Of a stretch of 64,000 nt of DNA, positions 41,676 through 54,392 are shown one piece after another. Where the stretch lies: NCBI GenBank assembly GCA_050230475.1, contig JBFLGF010000008.1, positions 62,001-126,000 of the forward strand. The letters are read 5' to 3'. A program made the position numbers and the translations under genes. The first letter of the stretch is position 1; each line of letters begins with the position of its first letter. A model generated the notes under the pieces. The model was not told the origin of the DNA. It searched no databases and saw only the letters and a list, made by a program, of their open reading frames with translations. The DNA comes from Ancylonema sp. Taxonomy: Eukaryota.

Positions 41676-44600
41676 GGGGTGGAGAATCGAGTGGCATTGG
41701 CGCAATCTATCTTCGAAACATCTTGCAGGTAGGGAGGGATCGATGTGCATTGGTTTCAAATTACAGTAGGGAGAGAAACGTGCGTTGAGCGCTTGCCGTC
41801 CGTTGATTTAGGAAAGCACTAGTTGTTGTAACAATATGTAATAATTACTATTTGAGATGTAATATTCGAGAATGAGAAGGCATGCGAACAACGTTGCGGC
41901 TCGGTAATCTACACGACCTGGTTGGATTTTTTCAATTGTTCTGAATGAGGTTGTGGAATCCCTTGCAGTGAGAGAAGATGAGTGTGTTAAGCCGTTTGTG
42001 GTTGGTCGGTTGATTGATTCATCGGTTGGTTGGTTGGTATAGGGTCTTCTTCCCCCACGATTTGGATGCCATGGCAGGACGGGTGTTGGCTGAAGGAGCG
42101 CAAGAATGACAAAAAATATCGACTACAGACAAAGAATCTATTTTCATATATCGAACATTTCAAAACATTTGAAACTAATGCAGAGAGTGGCGTGTCTTGT
42201 TCCGTTTTCTTGCCGTTGTGTTCTCGTTGCACATGCATGTGTTTATTAGGATATGTGTTTTGTACTCGGATTGCGCTCTGTTGCATCTCGTTGTTGGTTG
42301 GGAGATGAATTTGCGTCATCATGAATGGTCGAGGTTCCTTGTAGTTGAGGTTGCAGTTGTTTGGCATGTGCTCATGTGGGCGGTTTTCATGAGGTATGCA
42401 TATTTTGTAGGAGTTGTGTTTTTCCGCAAACATTGTCTCTTTGTCAAGGTGAACGAGCGGTGAGAGCCATTGTATATCACAAATTGGTCAAATAAATTGG
42501 TAGGCATTCCGAGCATAGACAAAAATCTTATTGAGAACGCATCAAATTAAAATTGGAATGTACACTTGTTCGGCATTATAGCTTCAGGCCCATCTATGGC
42601 GCACGCACACAAAAAATAAAAGCAAGTTTTGTCACAAATGCCAATTACGGTCCTCTTTTTTTTGTGTGTAGCAAGGTGTAAACGTGAATGCAGTGAGCAT
42701 GAAAAATAACATAGAGATTGTGATTTCAAGACTTTATACACCGAATTCTGACGATTCGAGCTACCACAAATTCGAAGGAAAGAGTTTTCAAAATTCGGTA
42801 GAGTAGTTGCAACTTTTTGCAATACATTTAAGTTTCTAATTCCAACATTGAGGGTATGAGTTGTTCCGAGAGCCCATATGTCCCCACCCCGTCCGGAAAA
42901 TATCCAATCGCATACCATTCGCGAGCTCGTTTGTTTGTGCTCGATTCTGGGCGTGTGTTCGGAAGGCGAGTGTAAGGCGACAAAGCCCCAAATTTATAAA
43001 TTCACTGAGAATTGCGCGCTTCTTTGGATTTGTGCACAAGGCGACTCTGCTCTGATTCAGCCATGATTTCGACCGATCAATGTTCTTCAATTGAGTAGTG
43101 ACAAAGTTCCCGTCTTAGTTCCCGACAATGTTCCCGATTCTATTCCCGACTTGGTTCCCGATCGTCCTTTCTTTCTACGACAGAGTTCACCCGACCACTT
43201 GTCTATGTCATCATTTGGCAGACTACGACTCTTTCACGCTGACACGCTTCTCGCCTACTAGATGCTTCAATATCAGGAAGCCGTTTAAGAACTCATGACA
43301 TGCAGATTACACAAATGCACGAGATGCACAAAATGTAGATGATTGGAGTGAATTGATTTAGGATTGTCGCCTAGTAGGCTATATCCTTGTGAGTACAAAC
43401 TTTCTGGAATCTCCTACGGTACCGGATTATGTTGCGGCGCCGCTATCCTAGTCAGAATGTGGTCCCCTCCTTGTCATCTTATTTATTTATGCCCTCCCCC
43501 TATGCCTTGTCGATATCTCTAAAATATGACTAGACAATCGATGCTTCCCAATGTCGTACAAATCAAATGATGATCCCCTATATTTATCGATACTTCCCTT
43601 GTTAATTATTAACCCCTAATATTGTCGATTTCCAGCACTCAATGCATTTACAATTAATATCTGGTACCCTTCTAATTCAATTAAGTTCTCGTACCATAAT
43701 GATTTCATGTTGCGGCCATATTAATTATTTTCTTTTGGGTATCAAATAGAACGGACGGACGAATCTATGGAAATGAAAGCGGGATTGGTATACATTTTCA
43801 AAACAGGGCACATGTAGACAATCAAGACATGTGCGTTATATGCCTTGCGCTATTTGAAAGTCGTGCCATTTGCAATGCAAACTTGCATTGACCAAGTAAC
43901 ATTGACACGATGAATTGACATGCTAAGGATACACTCATACACACACTTCGTATACGCTAAAAAATGACGTTCAAATTCCTTTGGCGGTTGTGGAGCGCAT
44001 GGGGGGGAAGGGGGGGGACCAACGAATAACAAATAAGAAAAGGAATCATTCCACAAGTTTTTCGATAGTCGCGGTAATCTTGTTCCATAGCAATTAAATT
44101 CCAACCGAATCATAAATTATCGGCCAATGGATCGGTCGATGAAAAGACCCGGAAATAGTTATGGGAGAAAGTCACATGGAGCTTGAAATTAACCCCACGA
44201 ACTGTAGATGCTAAAAGTTCCATGTGTGCACTTCAAATTAAATTTGTAGTTGTACCGAGAAAATTTCGTAACAAGAGAAGTCACGTTTTGCTTGAGTGAT
44301 GTGACGAAAGAATAAGAACTTATGAGAAAGATAAACCGTTGCAAATGATTACATTTTCGTCGACGGCTTTCATGTTCCAAAGTCCACGCTAACGAGATGA
44401 AGTATGAACGTTTCGTGCCAACATGTGAGGGTGGCACAAACCCGTCTGAATTGTTTATGGATCAATCTCGCACATATGCTAGCGATATGACACCTCAAAT
44501 ATGTTATTATCACCATTTCGATACGCAATGCCTTCACTAACAAAGACACTCTAGTCAAGACAATACTCGTTTTTGAATCTATTCCACACACATACATGAA

Positions 44601-45900
44601 CAGAACGCAATGTCTACGTGTATGAAGAACATGACGCCGCCTAGGCTGATGCTCACTTTGAAAAAATAAGACTGGGGTAAAAATCGCTCCGTATTTAGAA
44701 AATATAAAGCATACACATAAATTTCTATTTTTATGTAGCAAACGCATATGTGGTTTGCTTTCGAGAGTTCTTTTGCCTTGGAGTTGGGAAACATCTCTAT
44801 CTGCAATTGATATTTTATAAAATTTGAGTCATGATATGAAGCTCTAGTTCATGAGGATGATTCATTTGGTGAGCCGTGGATAAGTTGATGAAAGAAATGT
44901 TTGATTTATGATTACTGGTTTTGACAAATGCATACTATATTATTGTCTTGGTTTTCCTCATCATATTATCGATAGAGTTGATTTAAATTGGATTACACAC
45001 TTCAGCGCGCTCGAAACGGGGTTTTTTTTTTATTCCCTTGCGTGCTTGCCGCGAGCCTAAAACAACTCGTTTTCTGATGTGGAAGAGGCAAAACACACGT
45101 GGCGCTACGCTGTTGCGTCATCAATGTAATCATTACTTTCCTGGACCCATTCTTTCTCGCAGCCACCGTCTTTAAACCTGTCGTTGTTCATTACAATTGG
45201 AATCGCCAATCCGCGCAAGTTGCGGAAAATCAATTTCGAATTTGCGCGAATCTGGCTGAAACATTCGTTTGGATTCTTGGTCCACAACTTTCCGGTGTGG
45301 AATCGATAACTTTTGCATCAGGGGCCCACCTGTTTGTCGGGATTTGTTATCATTCCGATCCTCGTGCCTTATCTGGAATCTGCTTCCGCCAATTTGATCG
45401 ATCCAACCGGGAAATCAGCGTCTGAAGCACGAAAATAATTCACGTGCAGGATGTGGCAGCGTTCCTCGTTACATTTTGATGTTCTACTCCTGGTCTTGTT
45501 TCGTTACAATGTCAGCATATCATGCCATGCATTCATGTCCACATGTACATCTAAATGCAGCCCTGAATCCGGGTCACTGGCCGTCTTCCGAAGTTTGTTC
45601 CTCCCAGGATAAAAGTAAAACATGCGGAAAGGGAGTTTCAGACGTGTTAACAAAGTGCATGTACCCTCTGACCAGATGGTCTGGTTTTTTCTGCACATCG
45701 GTCTTTTCTACCGTGTACATCATCGAGCGCATCTGTCGTAGCACGTCAGCATTCAATAATGGGAGCCGAAGTCAAAGCGGCTGAATTTCAGCCTGCATCT
45801 CTCGCATGTCACAGTATATAATGTCTCCCGACTGCCTTCCCTGTAATCTCAGTGGTAGTCACCTCAGAAATTGTACATCCCTATCTTTTTCTTAGCAGCC

Positions 45901-47496
45901 ATGGCATTCATAAAAAAACACACCGAAATTTCAAAAAAAGGGGTTGGCCTATTGGCCCTTCTTCTGCTCGCCACGTGTAGTCCCTCGCTCGGCCGTACTC
46001 CATCCTGGTCGGAAGATGTTGTGGCAGGTAGTATCTCTCGACACCTTTCACCACCACATACCTTCCTGAACCCGGTGAATATACGCTTTATATTCACCGT
46101 GCGTATCCTCCCGTATTTATATCTGCATCTTTGAGAGTCTCATCTAATGGTATATTTTCTCACGGCATTGTAAGCGACTGATTCGCGGAAAGGAAATGGA
46201 TTGCAAGTGTGAATGGCAACGCAGTGGCAAGTCAGCAGCCAGTAGACCTCACTAAGAAGTATGGGAGCTACGAGCACAAGCATCACCATCACGAGTATCG
46301 ACAGGGGAGGTGGTACGATTGGGACGATGAAGAGCCGAAAGGGGCGGTAGGTGCTGACGTTGCATCTACTGATGAAGCAAAGAAGGCCACCGAAATCGAG
46401 AAAACCTTCACGGGTATGGAAAAGTGGAAAAAGAAATCAGTCTCATAGATTCACCCCGCCTGATTTGTATGTTTGTCTGTGTGTTGGTCTCTTCACATTG
46501 CATCTTGAATTACGGCGTTCTCGTTATTTAGTCCTTCCCCCCTCTCCCAAGTGTATGTCAACGATTTTTTTTCTCATATTTTTTCTCGACATCTTCATCA
46601 CCAAGACACTTCATTTCTGCAACTTCGAATTGATTCGCGTTTCCAACTGTCCTTATATTGCCGCTTGAATTATGGCGGTCTCCGACATTGTTTGGAATTT
46701 GTTTTCGGAATCGAAGAGGACGAATTCCCTTTTGGAAATTTGGATGCAGGTGTAGTTGGCAACGCAGCCACAAATCAGCAAGCAGGAGATGCGGTCAATA
46801 AGTATGAGAGCTGCGAGCGTAAGCATCACCATCACGAATACCGACAGGGGAGGTGGTATGACTGGGACAACGAAGAGCCTAAGGGACTGGTAGGTGCTGA
46901 CGTGGCAACTACCGAAGGAGCAAAGAAGGCGAACGAAGTCGAGAAAACCTCCACGGGTATGGAAAAGTGGGGAGAGAGGGTGAATCTATCAGATTCACCC
47001 TCCCTCATTTGTACGTCTGTGTACGTACGTGTGTGTGCTAAATTATCACATCGCATCTTCCATTTTGGCTTGCTCGTTACCCCCCCACACACTTTTTTTT
47101 AAGTTCTTTCCACCTCTCTCAAGCATATGTCAACAACTCTTTTCAGATTAAATTTATCGACACCTTCAGTACAACGACACTTCATTGCTACGTTCTTAGA
47201 AGAAATCCACGTATCTACCTCCCCTTATGTTGAATATTGGATTGTGGCGGTCTCCAATACGATTTGATATTTTTGTCGATTTTTTCCAACGAATTCGCTT
47301 GTGAACTTCGGATGCAGGTGTCGTTGGCAACTCAGCCGCAAACCAGCAGCCAGTAGACCTCACCAATAAATATGAGAGCTACGAGCATAAGCATCACCAT
47401 CACGAGTATCGACAGGGGAGGTGGTACGACTGGGACGATGAAGAACCAAAAGGGGCGGTAGGCGCTGACGTGGCGACTACCGATGGAGGAAAATAA
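45901..47496 (+). CDS. Putative secreted His-rich exon-repeat protein, paralogue A (alternative Tyr/Gly terminal exon 47865-47971)
   Basis: Signal-peptide-like exon 45901-46027 (KKGVGLLALLLLATCSPSLG|RTP). Phase-1 symmetric 207-nt repeat exons 46207-46413 (mutated acceptor), 46750-46956 and 47318-47524 (TAA at 47494-47496). Confidence 0.7.
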
Positions 47497-49736
47497 GCTA
47501 GAGGAATCCAAAACATTTCGACGGGTATGCATAAAGGGGTATCGGATGATCATTATGTCACCAGAATTGAAAGCACTCGCAAATTAAACCCTGCAAAGGG
47601 AAGTTTCATGTGTTGCCTTGCAAACGGGAATCTTAGTTTCATATTTTATCGTCAACTACGCTCTTGAGTAATGGTAGGGTGATATAGAGATTTAGGGGTG
47701 TCATTTTCCCGACGTGTTAAATAGAGTAGATAAGAGCGCCACTGGTATGGATTGAAAGCGTCTGGTTGGAATGTTGTCACTTGAAAATGTCGTATACAGC
47801 TAATGATGTATACATGTGATTTCGTGAGTTGTGGTTGTCACTCATTTTCGTTGGTTGTATGCAGATGCGGATAATGCTCCAAGGGGACATACTCCCACCG
47901 ATAGCACGGTGAAGGAGACGGAGCGCTATGAGGAGGGTTACGATTACGGTTACGGTTTTGGAGTAGGTTAAGACGAAGAGAACGTAATGAAGGAGGATCT
48001 TCCTTAGAAAGAAGTGAAACTTGCTTTTTTCTTACCATTTGGTTCTCCTACTTTTTTAATACATTTTGAAGGTTGTATGTGCAAGGTGATGGAGAGTTCT
48101 CCAATATCTTTCCGACTCGTCCTTTAAAATTTCTATATTATTTTGGTTGTTTGTCTGAGTTTTACTTTGAATAAAATAATTTTCTGAAATCTTCCACACA
48201 TCGTGCTACAGAAAAAACAAATAAAAATGAATGTGGGGAATTGCTCGCATATATTGCTGATATTGTTTCAATATTGTTTTCAGTGTATTGGTCGTATCCA
48301 AAATGTAATATGTTTTCGACTTTGAAATATGAGTAATGCACGAACATATTATGGCAACAGTCGAATTGGAACTGAAGTACCGCAACAATTCATACATCTA
48401 TATGGTATTATTGTAAACATACATGTCAGTATCAAATGAATGTCATCGAAAATAATCGTTCGGAGCATTATTTATTATCTTAGTTGGTAATAAAAATTTA
48501 ACATATTTATTATGTCCCACATATTAAGGGAAAAAAAAACAGACAACATTCGAATCGTCAATGCTGTGAAAAAAAATAGGTTCAAAGAAAATTCCTACAA
48601 TTACAATACCACGTGACTACCAAACTACCAAATACCACAATACCACCAATATTACCAAATAAAATTTTCATAAAAAATGGTCGATTTTATCAAATTGACA
48701 ATTCAAATGAAAATAATACAACAATATTTTTATTAATATTTTTGCGAACATCGGCAAATGGTGATTCTTACTATACTAAAGGAGATTAAAGAACTTGTAT
48801 CACGAATAATGATTCATAGTCTAAAATGACATTTATGTATAAATTTTGAATATGAGACCGAGTTCACTAAAAAAACAAGGCAATCTTCGATAATGAGAGA
48901 GAAATATATTTCCAGAACACATTTTGGAAAACAAGGCTATAACATGTTTTCAAATAATATTCTAAAATTATATTTTATACCGTTGTACAAGGGGGGGAGG
49001 GGGGGGGTCAAAAATAAATTGGCGATTTTTTTTTTAAAGAGAAATTATATGACTTTGTTTGTCTCTTATTTTTTTAACGAAAGAGAAGGTGTAAGTCGAC
49101 GAATTTTGTGTGCACCCGGCCTTTTTTTTGTGTGTTTTCTTTTCAAATTTGGATTTCAATTGGTTGAATATCGCGAATGACAAGGACCCAGTGTATTTTT
49201 ATACGTAGTCCGTTGCGTTTCGACTCTGAATATTCGAGATAGTTGTTTTTAAAGATGTTGGCGCTTCGACCAGGATTTTCTCGTGTTTACATGATGTTCA
49301 CGTGATATACACACGTAGCCCAAGCTCGTGGATGCTACTCATTCTATTGTGTATCGGATTATAGAATTGCTTTCACGTATCCGTTTACGAGACTTAAGGA
49401 ATTAATGTCAACATTTGTGTTTGTATGTCATTTTGAGATATATGTGTCAAACATGTGGGGGCATTGAAACGTCATTATTGAAAAAAAAACTTTGGAAGAG
49501 ATGGCGGAAATCCCTTTTGATCGACTGCTCATTGGAACCGATTCTTCGTACTGTGAGATCTTATCCATCGAGGAGAAAGTAAAAGTATGACGAGGGATGT
49601 GTGGTGAAGAGCCGCAACGAGCTGTGCCTGCTCGGGTGAGGGAGGGGGGGGGTGAAAAGGTTGGGAGGTTAGCGGTGCGGGCGGGGGTGGGGTTGCGGTT
49701 ATTGTTTCTACTACTTGACTCGTATTCAATTTTTTT

Positions 49737-49915
49737 TGGACAGAACCATGCACCTTCAGGTATTGTTTTGAGCCGGGTGTGAGACAATAGATGTGGTAGC
49801 CATCGTTACAGTCGTCACACAAAATGAGATGTTTCTCATCGTCACGTGAACCGCATTGTCTGCAGAATGTAGGATCCGAACTGTTGAACATACTTGTGTC
49901 AATCTGATCATCTTT
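49737..49915 (-). pseudogene. PHD-finger fragment (Cys4-His-Cys3) inserted between direct repeats
   Basis: FCRQCGSRDDEKHLILCDDCNDGYHIYCLTP, then a frameshift to LKTIPEGAWFCP. Confidence 0.85.
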
Positions 49916-50414
49916 GATGGAGATGGCGGAAATCCCTTTTGATCGACTGCTCATTGGAACCGATTCTTCGTACTGTGAGATCTTATCCATCGAGGAGAAA
50001 GTAAAAGTATGACGAGGGATGTGTGGTGAAGAGCCGCAACGAGCTGTGCCTGCTCGGGTGAGGGAGGGGGGGGGTGAAAAGGTTGGGAGGTTAGCGGTGC
50101 GGGCGGGGGTGGGGTTGCGGTTATTGTTTCTACTACTTGACTCGTATTCAATTTTTTTTGGTGCACAATGCCACGCGTGTGTTATAATGTCTTTGGTTGG
50201 AATGGAGCATACAATATATAGTGGTCCATTCACGCCCACTGTGTGTGCACACACGTATTTCAAAGTAACTACCGGATGATCTGTTTGGTAAAAAAAACGA
50301 GGTGGGAAGATAGTTGAGATCAGGAGAGCCAGATACACCATGCTAAACTTGAGTCATGTCTCAAGTCATATTTGGATTCGAGTGGGAAATTATACGCGCC
50401 GTGATGGTGAAATC

Positions 50415-50565
50415 TGGAAATTTGAATCCCCTTTCAGAAGTCCGTTGAGGGGGGAAGCAATCGTGGAGAAGTGTGGAACGAACTTGCGGTAATATGAAAA
50501 CAACCCTAGAGCAGCACGAAGTTGATGAATATCCTTTGGTGTCGACATATCCTTCAAGGGGGCGT
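50415..50565 (-). pseudogene. Ty3/gypsy pol fragment (RT connection region)
   Basis: PKDIHQLRAALGLFSYYRKFVPHFSTIASPLNGLLK; absent from the matching intron in unit A (~41380-41395). Confidence 0.8.
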
Positions 50566-53500
50566 TTACAAAGGAACCACTCATAGATGGTGTACCTATA
50601 CAAAATATTTGCCTCTATTCAAAGTTATGAGTTAGCCGACGGCACATTGTCGCAAACTACGAATTCAATCTTATTTATCGTAATCCAACACTGTCGTAAC
50701 TCTCCTCGTCCTCAAAAACCTCCGCGTTTACTTACGTGCAGTAGTCAGCCACCCCCCAATAATGATTTTTTTTTTTTGGTCATCTTCTCATAGTTAAGTA
50801 TTGGAAGTGGTGGGTGGGCGGAGAGGGGTGGAGAAGGTGACATTGGCGCAATCTATCTTCGAAACATCTCGCAAGTAGGGATGAATCGTTGAGCACGGGT
50901 TTCAAATTACGTTAGGGAGGATTAGCCAATTCCAATACATCTGGTGATATCCAATTTTTCCAGATGCATCGAACACGGTGGGCTGTGCTACCGAAAGTGC
51001 ATGCGTCCACTGCTGGAAAGCCCAAAAAGGACTTGATTTAGTTGTATCTCGAATTTCCTTTACGAGATCTATGGATACGTGTTTTCCAAAATAAATACAC
51101 TGTGATGAGATGATGGCTCGAATGAGGTCAAAGAAGTATGGGAATCGTCGATCATAGTATGGGCTGACCATCTGACATTCCCACCCAACGCTGCGATAGG
51201 TCCTCGGTTCATCCAAATCATCGTTTGATATTTTGGAAATATCATGGTGGTGTCGAAACCTTAGTAACAGTCGATTAACAAGCTGGCTCAGAAAGAGCGA
51301 CAACCACAAATTCACATTCGGAAGACGAGCACGTTGCGGGGTGAGCGAAGGAATGCAATATTGGCAAATTTAGATAACACTAACAGCGCAATCTGACAGC
51401 GGAAGCTGGCAGATCTGAAAGTACAATTTTCTTTTATCAAAAGTTGTTGCGCGGTGCTAAGCATAGTTAACTAAAGTTTTTCGAAGATCACGACAGGCCT
51501 TCTAGAACTTTCAAATCAATCTAGCTACGATGAAAGCGGCGCGAGAATTAACTCTAACTACGGCTGGATTTAATCGCCGGGATTATGGGACTTTTGATCG
51601 ACACGCACCTATTTATTGAAGACTGCTGGATTCTAGACTTCGGAAAATACGCCACGGTTATTTTCAAGTCGTACAATTTTCGTACTTCACTATTTTTATA
51701 GCAAAGTACTAATTCTATAAAATCGTTATATCGAATACTCTCGTTATAGCAGAGTATTAATCTAAAGGGACTTGTGATCAATCTAGAGGGGTTTCGCCTT
51801 AGCGATCTCTAGCGTCGTGACAAGAGCGCTCCAAGCCCATCTATGGCGCACGCACAAAAAAGAACGAGTTTTGTCCCCAATGCCAATACAGGTCCTATTT
51901 TATATTGTGTGATGCAAGGTGTAGACTCAATGCAGTGTGAAATAAAAGATGAACATACATTGTGATTTCAAGTATTTTCGCACCGAATATCGATGATTCG
52001 AGCTTGCACTTCCATAGTTCGAAGCAAAAAAAAACCAAAGGTCGGTAGAGTAGTTGCAACTTATTCCAACATAAGTTTTAATATCCAACATTGAGGATAT
52101 ATATGTGCTCAAAGCACTGTTGTTCCCAACCCGCTTGGAAAATATCCAATCTCATATTATTCGCGAGCTCGTTTGTGTGTGCTCTTTTCCAAGCGTGTGT
52201 TCGGAAGACGAGTGGAAGGCGACGAAACCTCAAAATATGATTCCACTAAGAGTTGAGCGCTTCTTTGGATTCGTGCACGAGGCGTTGAACGATTTTGATA
52301 TGATGTGCGACAACGTCAATTTAGATCTCATACCATAATTATTTTCATTTTGTGGCCGTACATATTGTTCTCTTTGTGTATCAAGTAATACGGACGGACG
52401 AATCTATGGAAATGAAAGCGGATTCGATATACATTTCGAAAAGAGGGCACATGCAGACAAATAAGGAAAAAATGAATCATACCACAACTTACTCGATAGT
52501 CACGCTACTCTTCTTCCATAGCAATTGAATTCCGACCGATTTATAGACTATCGGTACATAGATCGGTCAAACGACCGGGAAGTAGTTATGAGAGAAAGTA
52601 ATATGCAGCTTCAGATTAACCACAAAAAATGTAGATGCTAATAATTGCATGTGTACCGTTAACTTTTCTTTTGCATTTTTACCGCGCGAAAGTCACGTTT
52701 TGCTTAAGTGATGTGACGACAGTGTTAGGATTTAGGACAAATATAGACCGTTGCAAATTTTCGTCTACGGCTTTCATGCTCACAATTAAACGCCAACGAG
52801 ATGAAGTATGAGCGTCTCATGCCTACTTGTAAGGGTGGCACTAACCCGTGTGAATTCTTCATGGGTCAATCTAGCAGATATGCTAGATACATGACACTCG
52901 AATGTGAAATTGAAACCATTTCGATACGCAATGGCTTCCAAGCAAGCCATGACATTAGTGAGAAAGACACTCTAGTCAAGCAAAGGCTCGTTATCACGTA
53001 ATATCCCACACCCATACATAAACACAACTGGTTTAATACGTGTATGTAGAACATGATGCCGCCTAGGCTGATGTTCACTGGCGTGAAAACCGCTCCATAT
53101 GAAAATATAGAGCATACCAATAAAATTTTATGTTTATGTAGCAAACGCATGTGTGGTTTACTATCGAAAGTTCATTGCCTTGGAGTTGGGAAAAACCTTA
53201 GTCTGAATTTGGTGATATTTTGTAAATTTCAGTCAGGATATTGGATTTAAGTACTAGTTCATGATAAATATTTGTTCGGTGAACCGTGGATAAAGTTGAT
53301 GAAATAATACGTCATGAGATCCGTCATGTTTTATCAACGTTTATCGGTGTCGACAAAGCATACTTTATTATTGTGTTGGTATTCCACACCATATTATCGA
53401 AAGAATTTATTTAAATTGGATCCGACTTGCAACCAGGTTTGTGTAAGTTGGTAAATAACCAATTCCAATGACAATTTCGGTGCCATGCGGTTTTTAACGC

Positions 53501-54392
53501 GCCCAACGGGTTGTTTTTTAAAGTCTCTTGCGTGCTTGCCGCGAGCATTGAACACTCATTTTCTTGTGGACGACGCAAAACACACGTGGCGCTACGCTGT
53601 TGCATCATCAATGTTATCATTGCTTTTCTGGACCCATTCATTGTCGCAGCCACCGTCTTTAAACCTGTCGTTGTTCATCACAATTCGAATCGCCAATCCG
53701 CGCAAGTCACGGAAATTCAATCTCGAGTTTGCGCGAATCTGGCTGAAACATCCGTTTTCCTGGTCTCAAAATTTCCGGTGTGGAATCGACAACTTTTGCA
53801 TCAGGGGCCCACCTGTTTGTCGGGATTTGTTATCATTCCGATCCTCGTACCTTATCTGGAATCTGCTTCTGCCAATTTGATCGATCCAATGGGTGTCTCA
53901 AACACGAATTTCAGGAAGCTTTTTATTGTTTCACGTGCTAAATATCGCAGAGATGCCATTCCGTTCCTCGTTACGTTTTCATGATCTGCTCCTGGTCTAG
54001 CATACCATGCCATGCATTGATGTCCACATGTACATTTAAATGCAGCCCTGGATCCGGATCACTGGCCTTCGTCCGAAATTTTTATTTCGAGGATAAACGT
54101 AAAACATGCGGGAAGGGAGTTTCAGACGTGTTAACAAAGTGCATGTGCCCTCTGACTAGATGGTCTGAATTTATTGCGGCGTCGGCACATCGATCATGTC
54201 CAACGCGCACATCATCGTCCGCATCGGTCTCAGCTCATCGACATTCTACGAGGGGAGTCTAATTTAACGCCGCCGAAGTTCAGCCTACATCTTTCGCATG
54301 TCACAGTATATAATGTCTACAGACTGCCTTCCCTGTATTCTCAGTAGTAGTCACCTCAGAAATCGCACAGCCCTGTCTTTTTGTGAGCAGCC

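Larger units (their letters stand above)
49498..50880 (+). pseudogene. Duplicated TatD 3' exons (two copies of the penultimate exon, one of the last exon)
   Basis: Frameshifted copies of the [21 protein letters not shown] exon at 49498-49635 and 49920-50057, and the [12 protein letters not shown] exon at ~50794-50875. Confidence 0.85.

Noticed and set aside
45099..45784. ORFs shared with 53485-54262
   Set aside because: Similarity is explained by the segmental duplication; frames and stops differ and no recognisable domain is present
47494..47496. TAA=Gln alternative genetic code to explain the conserved in-frame TAA
   Set aside because: The 652-codon PEX8 ORF and the conserved exons read contain no in-frame TAA/TAG, and TAG and TAA serve as normal stops at 7112 and 47969
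50902..51315. 137-aa minus-strand ORF, faintly hAT-like (KEIRDTTKSSPFWAFQ)
   Set aside because: No catalytic motif confirmed; too weak to call
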